Shown here piece by piece: positions 24,101-36,666 of a stretch of DNA of 64,000 nt. Position 1 is the stretch's first letter, and each line of letters starts with the position of its first letter. Origin of the DNA: Prorocentrum cordatum. Lineage: Eukaryota. Where the stretch lies: positions 1 to 64,000 of the forward strand of contig CAUYUJ010000216.1 of NCBI GenBank assembly GCA_963575745.1, read 5' to 3'. The notes under the pieces were generated by a model. The model did no database searches, was not told the origin of the DNA, and saw only the letters and a program-made list of their open reading frames with translations. The translations under genes were made by a program, and so were the position numbers.

Positions 24101-24621
24101 TCTGCAATGGTTGGGCCTTCTGGCGTTCGGGCCCTTTCGGAGCCGTCTTGGGACCCTCTCGGGGCACTCGTTGAGCCTCCCAAAGGCCTTCATTTAGATT
24201 TCGGGGGGCTTCGAAAATTGTTCCCAGAGGGCTCCAGATGCCCCCCGCGTGCGATCGTATTCAGAGTCTTTGGCGTGTAATGTTTTTTTTTGGTTCGGTG
24301 CTAGGGTTTGGATCCAGGGGGTCCTTTTCGGAGCTCCCTCGGAATTCCCAGCTAGAACAAGCGCGGGACCCGAGGGTTTCAGGGGGCGCCCCGGAAGGCT
24401 CATAGATGCGTTCTCAGAATGGCTCGGCCCGTGAGCGACACCTGCATCGTCACAGTGGTCCAGAGTGTCCTCAAACGCGGACCGATATTCCAGCGATGCG
24501 ATGAAGGGGTAGAAGGTTCGCAGTGGTAGAGTCGACTGGACGGGAAAGTAGCGAGGAGAGGGAGGGGGGGAGAAGTTCGGGCAACATTTTACGCACATCA
24601 ACGCCACGGGACCTCCATAAC

Positions 24622-25691
24622 ATACCTATACGACCACCCTTCGAGTGATAAGGAGGTGAGGGGGGGGGGAGGAACCAACGTCTCATTCAATCGATTTCGC
24701 TATCGGCCCCACTATCGATCTCACTATCGATCTCACTCGACCAATTTCACTATCGATATCACTATCGATATCACTGTCAAACTCACAATCGATCCCATCA
24801 TCGATCTGATTCGATCGATCTCACCATCCATCGCACCATCGATCTCACAATGGATCTCTCATTCGGTCTCAGTATCGATATCACAATCGATCTCACAATC
24901 GATCTCACAATCGATCTCACAATCGGTCCTTTGGCCTAGGCTCGGTCTGGCCTTGGGCTTGATTTCGATCCGATGTTCGTTCTTCCCACCCGCGCTGTCC
25001 TCGGAGTGCCTTCCGAAGTTTGTGAATCTTGTGTTCCACGATTCTGTTTGGCTAGTATTTGCTTCCAGTGTGTTGCATCGCATTGCGTGGGCATTTTGGC
25101 GGCCAGGTGGCTGTCCTGCGAGCGTGGCCGAAATTATCTTGGGGCATTGTTCGCGCGTATTTGCTTCCAGTGTGTTGCATCGTTGTTTGCTGCGAGTATT
25201 TGCTTCCAGCGTGTTGCATCGCATTGTGATGACGTTTCAGCGGCCCTCAAGGAGGCTGTCCTGTGAGCGTGGCCGTAATTGGGGCCTCGATTCTCTGGTC
25301 GGTCGGCCGCGGGGCCTTCCCAGAAACTCGATCCTCCGGCCGGTCGGCCGCGGGGCTTTCCTTGTAATTCGATCTTCCAGCTGGTCGGCCGCAGGGCTTT
25401 CTCAGAAGTTCGATACTTTCACAGCGCATTGTATGCAGCCCCCCTGGCCGCCCTGATCTCGTATTCGATCTCACCATCGATATCACAATTGATATCACAA
25501 TCGATATCACATTGGATCCCACCATCGGTCTCACTATCGATCTCACTGTCGATCTCACTATCGATAGAGTGAATTCTTTTCGCCCGCCCACGCAGCTTCG
25601 CCTCGCCCGCACGCACGACACGAACACGAAACCGAAACCGATTTCCCGGTGGGGGGCTCTCCGTTCCATGTCGATCTCACCCCTTCACCTT
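24622..25691 (-). mobile_element. Helentron-like family 2, copy 2
   Basis: Colinear, highly similar copy of 15533-16651 with matching ends; hairpin mutated to CACCC-TTC-GAGTG. Confidence 0.7.
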
Positions 25692-28600
25692 GATTCCGTC
25701 GGCTTCACCTTCACAATTGGGCCTTCCAGTCCGGCAAATTCGGCCAGTCCAAACTTGGGAAGCTCGTGAATGGGAAGCAGCCATCAAAACCTGGGGAGGC
25801 TGACGCGGCATCCATGGTCGCAGGTGACGATGCTCTGAAGAGGTTGAGAGCTGCATGCTCCAACACTCTGGAGCTTGCCTGCACGTTCTACGCAGACGAG
25901 GACAACCTCGCAATTTGGAAGATCATCGACACTGTCAGCAAGTCGTTAGCATCTTGGCATAGCGAGCAGAACACAACTTTACGTAGTTCTTCCAGTTCTG
26001 CCGCATGGTTGAAGGCACAATTGGAGGGAGATTTCCGCGCCCATTGCGTCCAGGGTTTTTTCTACTCTTTCGCTTCCGAGTGCGCTCACGGAGATGAGCA
26101 TATCAGTCGCCCTTTCGCCATGGGAGCTCGGCCTTGACGCTGGACACCCCTACGTTGCGATGCAGAACGAGAAGGCTTGCCTGGCAGTCGAATTTGTCCT
26201 CTCCCTCGTGGGCCGCCGCTTGGCCAGGTGCTTATGGTTCCTCCGGGGCTGGCCGACGATGTTCGCAGCAGCTGCGTCGGACAACGCTGCGGATCAGGAC
26301 GCCGTCCTCCAACGGCTCCAGCGTGGCCTCTTGATCTTCAGGAAGGTGAAGTTGTTGGAGGACGCCTCGCCGCAGGCTGGCGCCATGTCCACGAGGTCCG
26401 TGTTCAACACGTGCGCGGTGCTGCAGTTGCTGGAGTGTGCTACGGTTGTCGGCTGGAAAGCTGACGCTCGCATCGAGAAGCTGGTTCGGGAACACTTCGA
26501 GGGCATCATCAGCACCCAGGCGGCAGAGGACGTCTTCCACGACATGCGCGCGGAGGAGAAGAAGGGCGTCAACAAGCGGATGTCGTACCAGAGGCGGTAT
26601 TCCAGCAACATCGAGGCCGATGCTTTGACGACGAGGCACGGATGCGAAGAACCTGGGGATTGGCGCAGCAACGAGCCCCCTGTCGGCCAGACTATGCCGA
26701 CGTCTGCCTACCGATACTACAAAACCTTAGCATCCATCCCTTTGGACAAGATCGCTTCCTTCGAGGACAAGCCTGATTGGCACTCGCCAGGTGCAGCCAG
26801 ATTGCCAGCCGCTTTCGCCGACTTGGTGTTCGGCGATCATTTGGAGAGCACAAACCAGTGGGACAAGATCGACAACGTGTGGATGACGTGCCTGTTGGGG
26901 TGCGGCAGGATGCTCGTTCGCAACCGTGAGCACCACGATAAAGACAAATGGTACTTCACACTGCACGACGCTGGCGCTACGGGCTTCTTCGCGTGGCCAG
27001 CGGATCACGAGAAGACGTTCGACGACTCCGCCGAAGTCTATCGGTTGAGTGCGTCTGACGACGTTCCAGTCGTCTCCTTGTTGTTCGTCTTGAACTTGGG
27101 CGACTGGGAGGCGCGACCGATCAACAGCTTGTCGCCCTTAGGGTACGTGATGGCACATTCCACGGAGAAGGGCGGTTACCTCAGCACCAAGGCGAGGATC
27201 ACCCACCTCGCAGGGAAGGCGGAGCCATTGACCAATGCTTGTGCCCGCCAGGCGTTCTTGAACGTGCAGAGGCAGGTGCTCGACAAGCTTGCGAGCGAGC
27301 TGGACATCGGAATCCCTGCAGGCACTTCTCTTTATGACCTGGTCTTCGGGCTGGTAAAAAGGGGGTTCTGAAAGTGAGCGACGAGGAGGCTTGCGAGATT
27401 TGCGCGAGACGCACCTTCAGGCCCTCCCGCTCGCGGACCGTGCTGGAGGTGGAGGAGGCGGGGGACCTCTTGGACAGGTCAGAGAAGGAAAAAATCAACC
27501 AAACGAAGAACAAAGTGCAGAAAGAGGTCGCGCCCTTCAATGATTACATTGAGGCGCGCAAACAGAAAAAGGAGGTTCTCGTGGAACCGGCAGCCGCGGC
27601 ACCCAAGGCTAAGGCCAAGGGCAAGCCCAAAGCGAAGCCCGCGGCGGGCGGCGGTCCCCCGGGCGGCGGCCCCCCGCCCATGGATTTCCCAGAGGGGGAG
27701 CTCACGCAACCGCAGGTGACGGCCTTGTGCCCTCAGGGGTCCTACGTGTGGAGGTCCAAGGGGGGGTCGTGGCAGCAGCACACGCCCCCGCACCCTCGGA
27801 CGAGTCGCGCCTGGCTGAAATACGGGGAGCGCGAGGCTGCCGCCGCCATCTTGCAGGATGCCTGGCGTTTGCACTTGGCCAGCAAAGGGCTCGGCGTTGA
27901 CGCCTGCCCAGTGAGGGGCTTATTTACAGCTGGCGCTCCTGTGGCGTTCGACTGAGGGGGTACTTGCAGGGGCGGCCAACCTTTTCGAGGAGGCTGGCGC
28001 GGCAGACCTCGCGCGCCACCCTCCGAACAATTCGAATAAGAGCCATGGCAAAATGCCTGGGCAAAGCCGGCGCAATAAGCAGTGGAGGGAGGAGGAGCAG
28101 GGAGGAGGGAGGAGGGAGGATAGGGACCCCCCAAGGAAAAGGAGGCGTGATAATGCACCCGCACTTCGCCCCAATCCCACTGAACGAAGGGGGGGGAGGG
28201 GCGCGGGGCCCAGGGGAGTTGCGCGACCTTCCGCCCTGCCCCCCATGTGGACCAAGAGTCACCACTGGCAAGCAGGCGTCGATTGGCGAGAATGTTTGCC
28301 GCGCAGCGTTCGAACGTTCTTCATTGAGGGGGCAGTGAGGCTGCCTTAAGTATTCATGGACGCGCCGTTGAAAATGTATGGAGCTATCTTGAGCCATCTT
28401 GTGAAGTCTTGGAGGCCAGGTGCGGTTATCTTGTTTGTTTTTGGAGCCATCTGGACCTCGCCAAGCGCGGCGACCCCCCCGCGCGCGGTCGTTTCGAATG
28501 GAACGGTGGAGCGGGGAAGGAGAAAGAGGGATTGCCACCGAAAGACAACGTCAGCTTCGGGGTGCATGTCTGAACCGTCTGTGCCCGACAGGCTTGATCG

Positions 28601-29499
28601 TCTGACCAGGCAGCCCCGCGGTGCGATTTCCCACGGCCTTGCCCAGGATTGGCGCCAGGCAGTGTCCCAGGGCCAACTGCTCGCCCGATGCGGGCCCATG
28701 TTTGGAAACCGCGCCTCAGGTATCATGCCAGTACCTCCCAGGTTGCCGGGGCGTATCTCAGTGGCGCGGCGCTGAGGGGGAACATATCGGAGGGGGGCGG
28801 CATAAGGAGGAGGATGATTATGAACCGAAGGAGGAGTATTTTGGGGAGAAGGGCGATCATACCCACCATCTCGCGCCCGCTTTGGCGTGGATGTAACGTC
28901 AGAAGTGTTCTTTTACGGTGATGCAGGTCGAGTGCGTGGCATTGCCCGTGTTAGCTCTAGCTCAGCTTCGCGACTGTGAGGCTTCGAGGCGCTGTGCCCC
29001 CCAGGAAAACATTCACGTTGCCCCGAGCTTCTGATGTCACCTTGTCGCTCAGATTCGCGAGCCGCCGCGCGTTCTGGGCAGGGGGCAAGGGCGGGATCCG
29101 CGTGCAGCGCCGCATTTGTTGCACACGATTGTTTCGACGGGCCAAGTCGCCCCCGCACCGTGATTCTTAAAAGGGGGATTGGGCGCCGAGGATCATGATT
29201 GCGAATCCCACTCTTGTGTTGGAAACTTTGAGATGACTGCACATGTAGATGAATGCGTATGATTATGCGACCACGCTACCTGAACAAACAAGCATACATG
29301 AAACGCGAGCCCTCGAAAATGACAGCGGTTCAAGCAGGGCGGTGACCTGTAGGGGTCACGGCGCCCAGTTTGTGCGAGTACGTAGACTTCTTTCGAACCA
29401 GTAACCTAATCTTGGTTTCGCCCTCCCCCTGCCTCTGCCAGTGAACTTCGCAGCGTGCGCTGTCCGACCCTCGTCGCGCGTGGTGTTCCTGGTTTTTCT

Positions 29500-32400
29500 T
29501 GCATGTATTTCGAGCGGTTTCTCCTTCCGCTCCTCCCTTTTCTACCTTTCGAAGGCCTGATCGATGTTTGAAGCGCGCCTTCAGCAACGTTCGCTGACAA
29601 ACAACATCGAAGTTTGCATTGCATTGTAGATGTATTGTTGTAGTTGTGTCGGGTTATTATGCGTTCGGCCTCTTCCTTTTCTGATTGTCAAGTCATTTCT
29701 CCCATGTCCAATGGTTGTGTGAGCACGGCGCGCTGCTGGTTCTCGTGCGCGCGCTCTCGTTGCAGTTGTGAATCTTGAGTGTGTGTCCTTTCTTCTTTCA
29801 TCCTTACATCACCTGCTGCCGCAGTCCCAACCGCTGGTGGGTTTCGAGCTCCCCAAATTTTTTTCGACCCAGCCCGCGTGAGGGCGACTGAGATTGCCGA
29901 CCCACCCAGGAAGTCTCGTTGTCGGAGTGCTGGGAAGCCCACGTGCATCCATCGCTTCAGGTTTCGCAGTAGAGTGCCAACGTCGACGGACAGCTCCTCC
30001 CCTTTAGCGCCCAGCGGCGCCTAGCATATACTTCTCGCAACCCGCGAGTTTGATAGCGCGAGCGTGATCGTAGAGCGCGGGCGCACACCGCTCCACACCA
30101 TTGGTTGCAGCGCCCACCTGCGAACAGTGCCCGAAATTGCAATGCCATCACGCGCACAGTGGTCTTTCTGACGAGGTCGCCACAAAACTCACATTACCTG
30201 CCAGTGCCGCCTACGTCGGCCTGGGCAACATTCTGCTCATACCACTCGGGTTGAAGGTCGTTCCGCGGGCGTCACGTTCGTGGCGGATACGCATTGGCAC
30301 CGGATGCCGCGCGTGGGTCTGATGTTGCCGATGTCCGTGGTTGTGCGCATTTTTGTCCACGCAGGCGCATTCGCGTTTGCGACGTCCACCACGGCCGCAG
30401 CTTGCCCGCAGCGAGCTTCGATTGTTCATGCGTCCGTCGCGTCGTGCACCCAACTCTTGCGCATCGCGCGTCGGGTGTGAGAGCGCCCGAACGGGCTTGT
30501 CGGATCCGCTTGTGGGTGGTGCGCGTCGTCTGTCCGTGCCCCCAGAGGAATGATCTGCCTGGCAGGTGTCTTTGGAGGGGCTGCATTTTGGCAGCCCTCT
30601 TGGGGATTGGGTTCGGATAATTGATACTCAGCAGACGTCGTCGTAACGCTACTTGGAGCCGGAATGGCGCCATGGTGAATACTGGATCGCTGGGGATGGC
30701 CCTCAAGAGCGCCCCTGCTGGGCCACCAGACTGTGAGAGCAATGATGCTTTCCGAGCTTCGTCGCATTCTGGATGCACCACGTGTTCGATGAAGTGTGTT
30801 TCCGAAAACGAACGCGCGACACACTGCCAGCCTTGAACGAAATCAGCTGCATCAGCGTCCCGAGGTGGCGGGGCCGGCTCGTTTCCTGCGAAGACCTCCC
30901 GCCAGCCAGGGATGGTATGAAAACCTTCTTCTTCCAGTCGTTGTTTGCATGCCGTGAGTTGTTGCAGCACTGCGATGGTAGTTGGCCTTTGCGCCTCCAT
31001 GATCTCATTGAACATAGCTGCTGTGATCCCTGGTTTGTTCGTGCGCATCGCTGGTAGAGTAGCCGCCCAAGATGCCCAGAATGCTCCTGTGGCAGAGCGA
31101 GCCGCCGAGCGTAGCCCCAGACCACCCATCCTGGCAGGAAATGTAACGTCATCCAAATTGCATCGTCGTGTTATTTCGCGTATATCCGGGACATTTCTGG
31201 GGGTAGTATTCGAATTGTGTGGTTTGCCCGTGGCACGCATGACATTGCCAACATAATCCAAGATTTTTGCAAGTCGCCCAGGTGAGGTAGGTGATCGAGC
31301 AATTGTTGCTTTTTGCGCATCCGCTCGGAGGCGTCGCTATGAACTGTTCTGTCCCAAGCGGTGTGCCAAGAACGACAATGCCATTCTCTTCCGGGGTTTT
31401 GTTGCCCACCCAAATGTCGGGCCCCAGGGTCTCGATATCGACGGGGGCGTCTCCCCCTGCCCGGCACCACGCTCGCAGCTTGCCTCGGTGGGAGCGCGCG
31501 CCTGTGTGTCGTTCCACGGCCCCTGCCACTTCCTTGAAAACTGTTGTTGCACGAGCCTTCGACGTGATAACGTACAGGTCGTCTAGGAAACTCAACATGT
31601 GTTCGGATGGCAAGAGGCGTTGTTCAGCTTGGACAAGCGCGTCATGCTGGGCGAGCGCGTACAGAGCTGGCATCAACGGGCATCCTTGTTCACCACTTTC
31701 CCCTTGCACAATGTCGTGGGTCACGTTCTGAGCATCCGTCCAAAGAAAACACGACTCAAACGAATACAACATACACGTCATGGGGGATCCCGCAATTTCC
31801 GCGTAGCCCTCCGGACATGGTCGAAAGCACCAATACCATCCAGACTCAGTATTACTGCATCGGGATCGGAATCCGATGTGTATCGCAGTACGTGGGCAAC
31901 CGCCTCTGTGCCTGCCTGAGTCTGGAGGGCGAACTGGTATGGAGCCGTAGTTTTCGACACAGTGTCGTTGAATTGTTTCCCAACCGCTTTGCATGCCAAC
32001 CGCCTGATCACCAACCCAGCGACAATTCCCCGCACTCCGGAGCGCAGTCATACGCCCAAGTCGGAGTGCTGCAGCAATCTTTGGGGGCACGTTGGCACGA
32101 GCGAAAGCTTCGACAAAATGAGCAAACAAGTCAAACAAGTTCCAGCTCTGTTCCTCCTCTATCAACACCCGAAGGTGCTCGAAGCGCATTCCGGCCAAGT
32201 CGGGGGCCGACCCGCGGCCTGCCGCCCGGAGCGCTTGGAAAAGGTGGTGGCGATCCAGTTTGACTTGCGTCCCTGTCTGGAAGGCCAGGACGTCGTCAGG
32301 GATGTCTTCCGTCAGGGATCGCGGTCGCAGCGGGCAATTTGTCAAATCCGTCAGGGGTTCCGGCGCGCCCGGAGCTAGCCCGCTTGACGTCAGAAGAATA

Positions 32401-32580
32401 TGTCATGGATTGCCCCAAGGCTCATGCAGCCCTGGAAGCCAGGGGGGTTGCAAGGTTCTTAAGGGCCCGGGCGCTTGGTTTCCGAGCGCTCGTGCGTGCT
32501 TTTACGCGGGCCTGGGGTGCGTCGTCCGGGCTTTTGGGGCGCCGTTGAAGCGAAGGAAGGTGAAGCGTTTGTTGTAGTAC
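29500..32580 (-). mobile_element. Heavily decayed CRE-like non-LTR retrotransposon (RT plus restriction-like endonuclease, RLE)
   Basis: Motifs across frames: GMRFEHL, MRGIVAG..IRRL, PYQFAL, LSLDGIGAFDH, GEQGCPLMP, FLDDLY, VLGTPLG, PARMGGLGL, FWASWA, LRRRL. Confidence 0.85.
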
Positions 32581-32864
32581 CTTCTTCTCCTGGTTTGGCC
32601 CTGGAAGCCTCGACATATGCGCGCGTGCCCATCGGCGCGCCCAGGACTCATATCTTTTGTTCTGCTGCGGATTTGTCGTGTACCATGCGTTTGCCGCCCG
32701 TTGGGCCAGGCCTGGCGGGCTCAAATTTAGATGTTTCACATCGATGTGGCGAACCTCCGTTATAATTTCGCGCGCCAGTTCATAGATATTTACCGTGTCA
32801 GCCACAATGCAAACGACATATATGTCGTCCAGGTAGGAAATGACATGGAAATATGGCGGGAGGG
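32580..32864 (-). pseudogene. Decayed CRE-like RT fragment split by the Copia insertion (continues at 50816-50995)
   Basis: ISYLDDIY, EVRHIDV, PPGLAQRAANAW match the protein encoded at 58839-62471. Confidence 0.75.
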
Positions 32865-33061
32865 TGTGAATAGAACCCGTGTAATACCCTCATATATACT
32901 CCTTATCCTCACCTCTCCTGCGCCTGGCCGTTTGGGCTCAGGTATTGGGACAGATCGATCAGACCTTTGATCGCGCAGGAGGGAAAGACATCCATCTATC
33001 CCTCCTTCCCTCTACCAACGGATCAGGGGTTCTGTACCCTTGTACTTCAACCCCATACACA
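32865..33061 (+). repeat. 5' LTR
   Basis: TGTGAATAG...CCATACACA; 194/197 identical to 50619-50815. Confidence 0.97.
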
Positions 33062-33073
33062 GGTTATCAGCCC
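33062..33073 (+). promoter_or_regulatory. Primer-binding site of the half-tRNA (anticodon-arm) type
   Basis: GGTTATCAGCCC directly after the LTR, one base from the Ty5-type GGTTATGAGCCC, with no TGG start. Confidence 0.8.
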
Positions 33074-33515
33074 TTTAAAGCTCACCTTTCACCGAACCGC
33101 ACGTTGCGACCTCGCACGCGGTCTCGATGGAGCCCCTGCGGCGCATGCGCCGCAAGGGGTCCATCGGGGCCTCGCGTCCGAGCTCTCCGACGACACGACG
33201 GCTCGGTGACGAGTTGGAGAGCCTTAGTGCGGACTGTGTTGGCGTTCCAGATACCCCCCCAGCTCCGACGGACCCGAGGCGCGGCTAGCTGCTGAGCTCC
33301 ACCGCAGCGCCGCCCGCGGGGGGACAGGAGAAGGAGTAGTAACAGGAAGGAAGGAGTTCCACACGCCTACCTTCGATCCTCCATCCCCTCCCCCGTCGGG
33401 AGCAATCCCAACCGCGTCAGGCGAAAGCCCCACTGGTCATGACACTCCAGGGCGCTTTCGCGCTAACCGCCGATGGACCTCAGGTGCTGGCACCCCCAGC
33501 CCTGCGACCGTCTCC

Positions 33516-36500
33516 GTGGCGGAGCACGTAGCCACCTTCGAGGAACTCAGTAGACCAGCGGCGGCACAGCCGCAGACGCAGTACCCCAAGGTATCATCGG
33601 ATGAGACACCGCACACACATGGTCCGAGTCGCAGCTCGTCCGCGCGCAACCGCCGTGGAGCCCCAGGCCCATGCGGCGAGAGTAGGTCGAGTCCGCGTAC
33701 TGCCTCTCAGAGGCCATGCGCTCCCCGCGACAGGGGACACAGGGAAGCTGACGCTCCCCACCTCTCCATCTCAGACGACCAGCTGGCGGAAACGTCCGCC
33801 GCAGGTGAAATAGCTGAGCTCAGAGACCAGGTTGAAACCTTCGTGTCCAGGCAATACTCTGGACTACTGCAGAGCGTTCAGACGAACGCCGCCAATACTG
33901 CAGCCATACGCCACGATCTGGACGGCGCCTTAGGGATCATTGATTCCAGGATCGCCGAAGATCGACGCATCATAGGTGAACTGCAGTACCAGGTTGATCG
34001 TGAGGTGTCGCACTCAGGTGAACGAACGGCGATGGTCGAGAACCTGCGCAACTACCTCGCGCAGATGGAGCAACAGCTGGTGCTCGCACGCGACGCAGGC
34101 GTTTCAGCAGTCAGGATTTTACATGATGAGATCCAGGACCAGCTCCGCAACCGACCAACACCAGCCGAGGCCACCGACCTTGGCGACGTCCAGTCTCATA
34201 TCAATGATCTTCGATCTTATCTAGACCACACTACGGCGACGCTTCGCAACGAAGCACACACCAACTCGTCGAGCCTGATCGACATGTTGCAGCGTACTGA
34301 GAGAGTCATCACTCAAAGGCTTGGTGCGACCAACGCTGTCGTGCAGCCACTCGCTAACCGGATCTCTGACATCGAGCAGCGTTTTGCTGGTGTGCAGGAC
34401 GCCCTGGCAGAGTTGCGTGTCGGACGAGCCCAGACTGGCCAGCTGGATTTCCCTCCCACGGTTTACGATTTCGCCCGCCTCACTGACAGGTTGCAGGAGG
34501 TTGAGAAGGCGGCGGACCACACGCAGTTGGAGCTCTCCCAGGTTATTCGTGAAAGAGATACTGAGAAGGTACGTGTAGAGGGTCACCTCGCACGTCTGGA
34601 AAGCGAGCTGGAGGCACAAAGCGCCCGTCTCCGAGCACACGAACAACGACTTGATCGGTATTCACAACGTTCTCGGGATACTGATGAGTATACACGCCAA
34701 AAGGTGGCACAAATACACGAAGACATGACGAACTGGACGAATCAGCTGATCGACCACACCAACTACACCAATCTCCACCTTCGACCTGCAACCGACCTGC
34801 ACAGGCCGACGGCAGCGTCCGCCGAAGCAACACATGCCTCTGCAGGACAACAACGACGTACGTCACCAGGAGCAGCCTCCGCGGCAGCTTCTGCACAGAC
34901 ACGCCATGTGTCTCCTGTGCGCACAGAACCAACTACTGACGGTGCACCGATACCCTCACAACCATTGTCTGCGGTTTCGGTCCATACTACAACTCCTATC
35001 AAGGAGTCAGACACCGTCCGAGTCCCTGTCTTGCCTAAGATCACGCAGCTGCTCGAGTGGCAGCAAAAAGTACGGAAGAACTTCGGGGCCGCTTCAGGGC
35101 GACCATCCAAAGCGTGCGCCTTCCTATGCGTGGCTGAACAGCCCGAGTGTACATTCGAGGATTTACAAGACAGTGGAGACTTTGAGAGCATCGATTGCAA
35201 ACTCGCTACCGCTCTGAGCGACATCTTATCCTCGGACTTACGCTACCAAATCAGGCTCATCGAAACTAGAGAGCACAAAGCAGGACGCATGCTCAAAGGA
35301 CGCCAGATTTACTGGCGCATCCTCCAGTCCTACAAAGTGACAGAGGTTGACGACGACCTGCACGATTTCGAGCGCCTTAAAGAACTGAGGACGAGAGATG
35401 ACGATTTGCAACGTTTTATTACTGACTGGGACGCTTTACTCTTGGAGTGCCGAGAAGCACCCGATCCAAAGATCTTGGAATCGCTGTTTCGTACACAGAT
35501 TCGGAGACATGTATGGATGAAACAAGACATGTACGAATACCAGCGCATGAAGATCAGCGACCCGAATCGTACCTATGATTGGCTCCGGCAGCGTGTCCTG
35601 GACATACTGGAGCTTAAACAATTGGAGAATAATCAAAAACAAGTTACGGTACGAACATGAGACACGTTCTCAAGTCAACGTGTGCGCTGCCTGGAAGAAA
35701 GGCAATTGTCGCAATGGTGAACGGTGCAAGGCTTTGCATACATATTCCAGGGATTGGAAGAACAACGAATCTTCCAGAACGTCGACGGCTGGTGGCAACT
35801 CCCGCCGTAGTATGCCCACTCCTGCGAATCAAAATAAGCCAGCATCGAAACCATTTTGCTTCGATTTCGCCAAGCGCAACACATGTACCAGAGGCGACAA
35901 GTGCAACTTTCCACACGTCGCACAGTGTAAAGATTTCGCACAGAATAAGTGCCCCAGAGGCGACAAATGCAAATACGCTCATCTTACACCTGGTGCAAAG
36001 ACTCCTGAGCGAAGCCCGAGTCGACCACGGACCTCCAGCCAGGATAGCCGCGGCCGATCACCATCCCGCGGATCAGGAAGCCAACGTTCTTCACAACGCG
36101 GGGGGTTCCGCTACGCAAACGATCCACGCCATGGACGTGACAACCGACGCCAATGCGACCGATCTCGTTCAACATCCAGGAGGTCCCCAGACTCTCGCAG
36201 TCAATCGAGAAGTCGATACGACAGATCTTCGAGATCTACCTCCCGAGGGCGAGACAATCGTGGCGGCGGACGCGGTAGTCCACGCGGCCGTGATAGATCA
36301 TATGGCAGTGACAAAGGACGTGGCAGACGTTCCTTGAGTCATGGTTCGTCCCGTGGCTCACCCCACGCCAGAGCACGTTCTCCTGCCAACTTTCGACGTT
36401 CACGCCGTTCCGACCGCAGTTACGTCATCCGTGACAAGACCCTCATGGCCAACACTAAGGCCACAGCGACATCTACCAAAACACGTCGTCGGATACGCTT

Positions 36501-36666
36501 CGACATACGTAACGTGGAATATTATTTACATACTGTATCTGGCAGGGCCAGATTGGATAAATGGAAGGAGATGCCGAACGAGGGTGACATCGTCAATGTA
36601 CCAGACCCGTTACCACAACGATGGTGGGATCAAAGTGCAGACGCCCTACGAGAATGTCAACATTAG
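33516..36666 (+). pseudogene. gag: Copia Gag-like region: coiled coil, capsid-like region, three CCCH zinc fingers, RS-rich tract
   Basis: ORFs 33516-35660 and 35575-36666 joined by a frameshift. Fingers: CAAWKKGNCRNGERCKALH, CFDFAKRNTCTRGDKCNFPH, CKDFAQNKCPRGDKCKYAH. Confidence 0.75.

Larger units (their letters stand above)
19622..27955 (+). pseudogene. Multi-exon, decayed DDE-type (DxxH) transposase-like gene
   Basis: Exons ~19622-20934, 21251-21922, 22157-~22284 and ~25692-27955. Motifs in order: VAFDKT, LAADQGSD, WDMSH, TQAAEDVF. Frameshifts at ~20615, ~26055 and ~27365; TGA at 22211. Confidence 0.55.
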
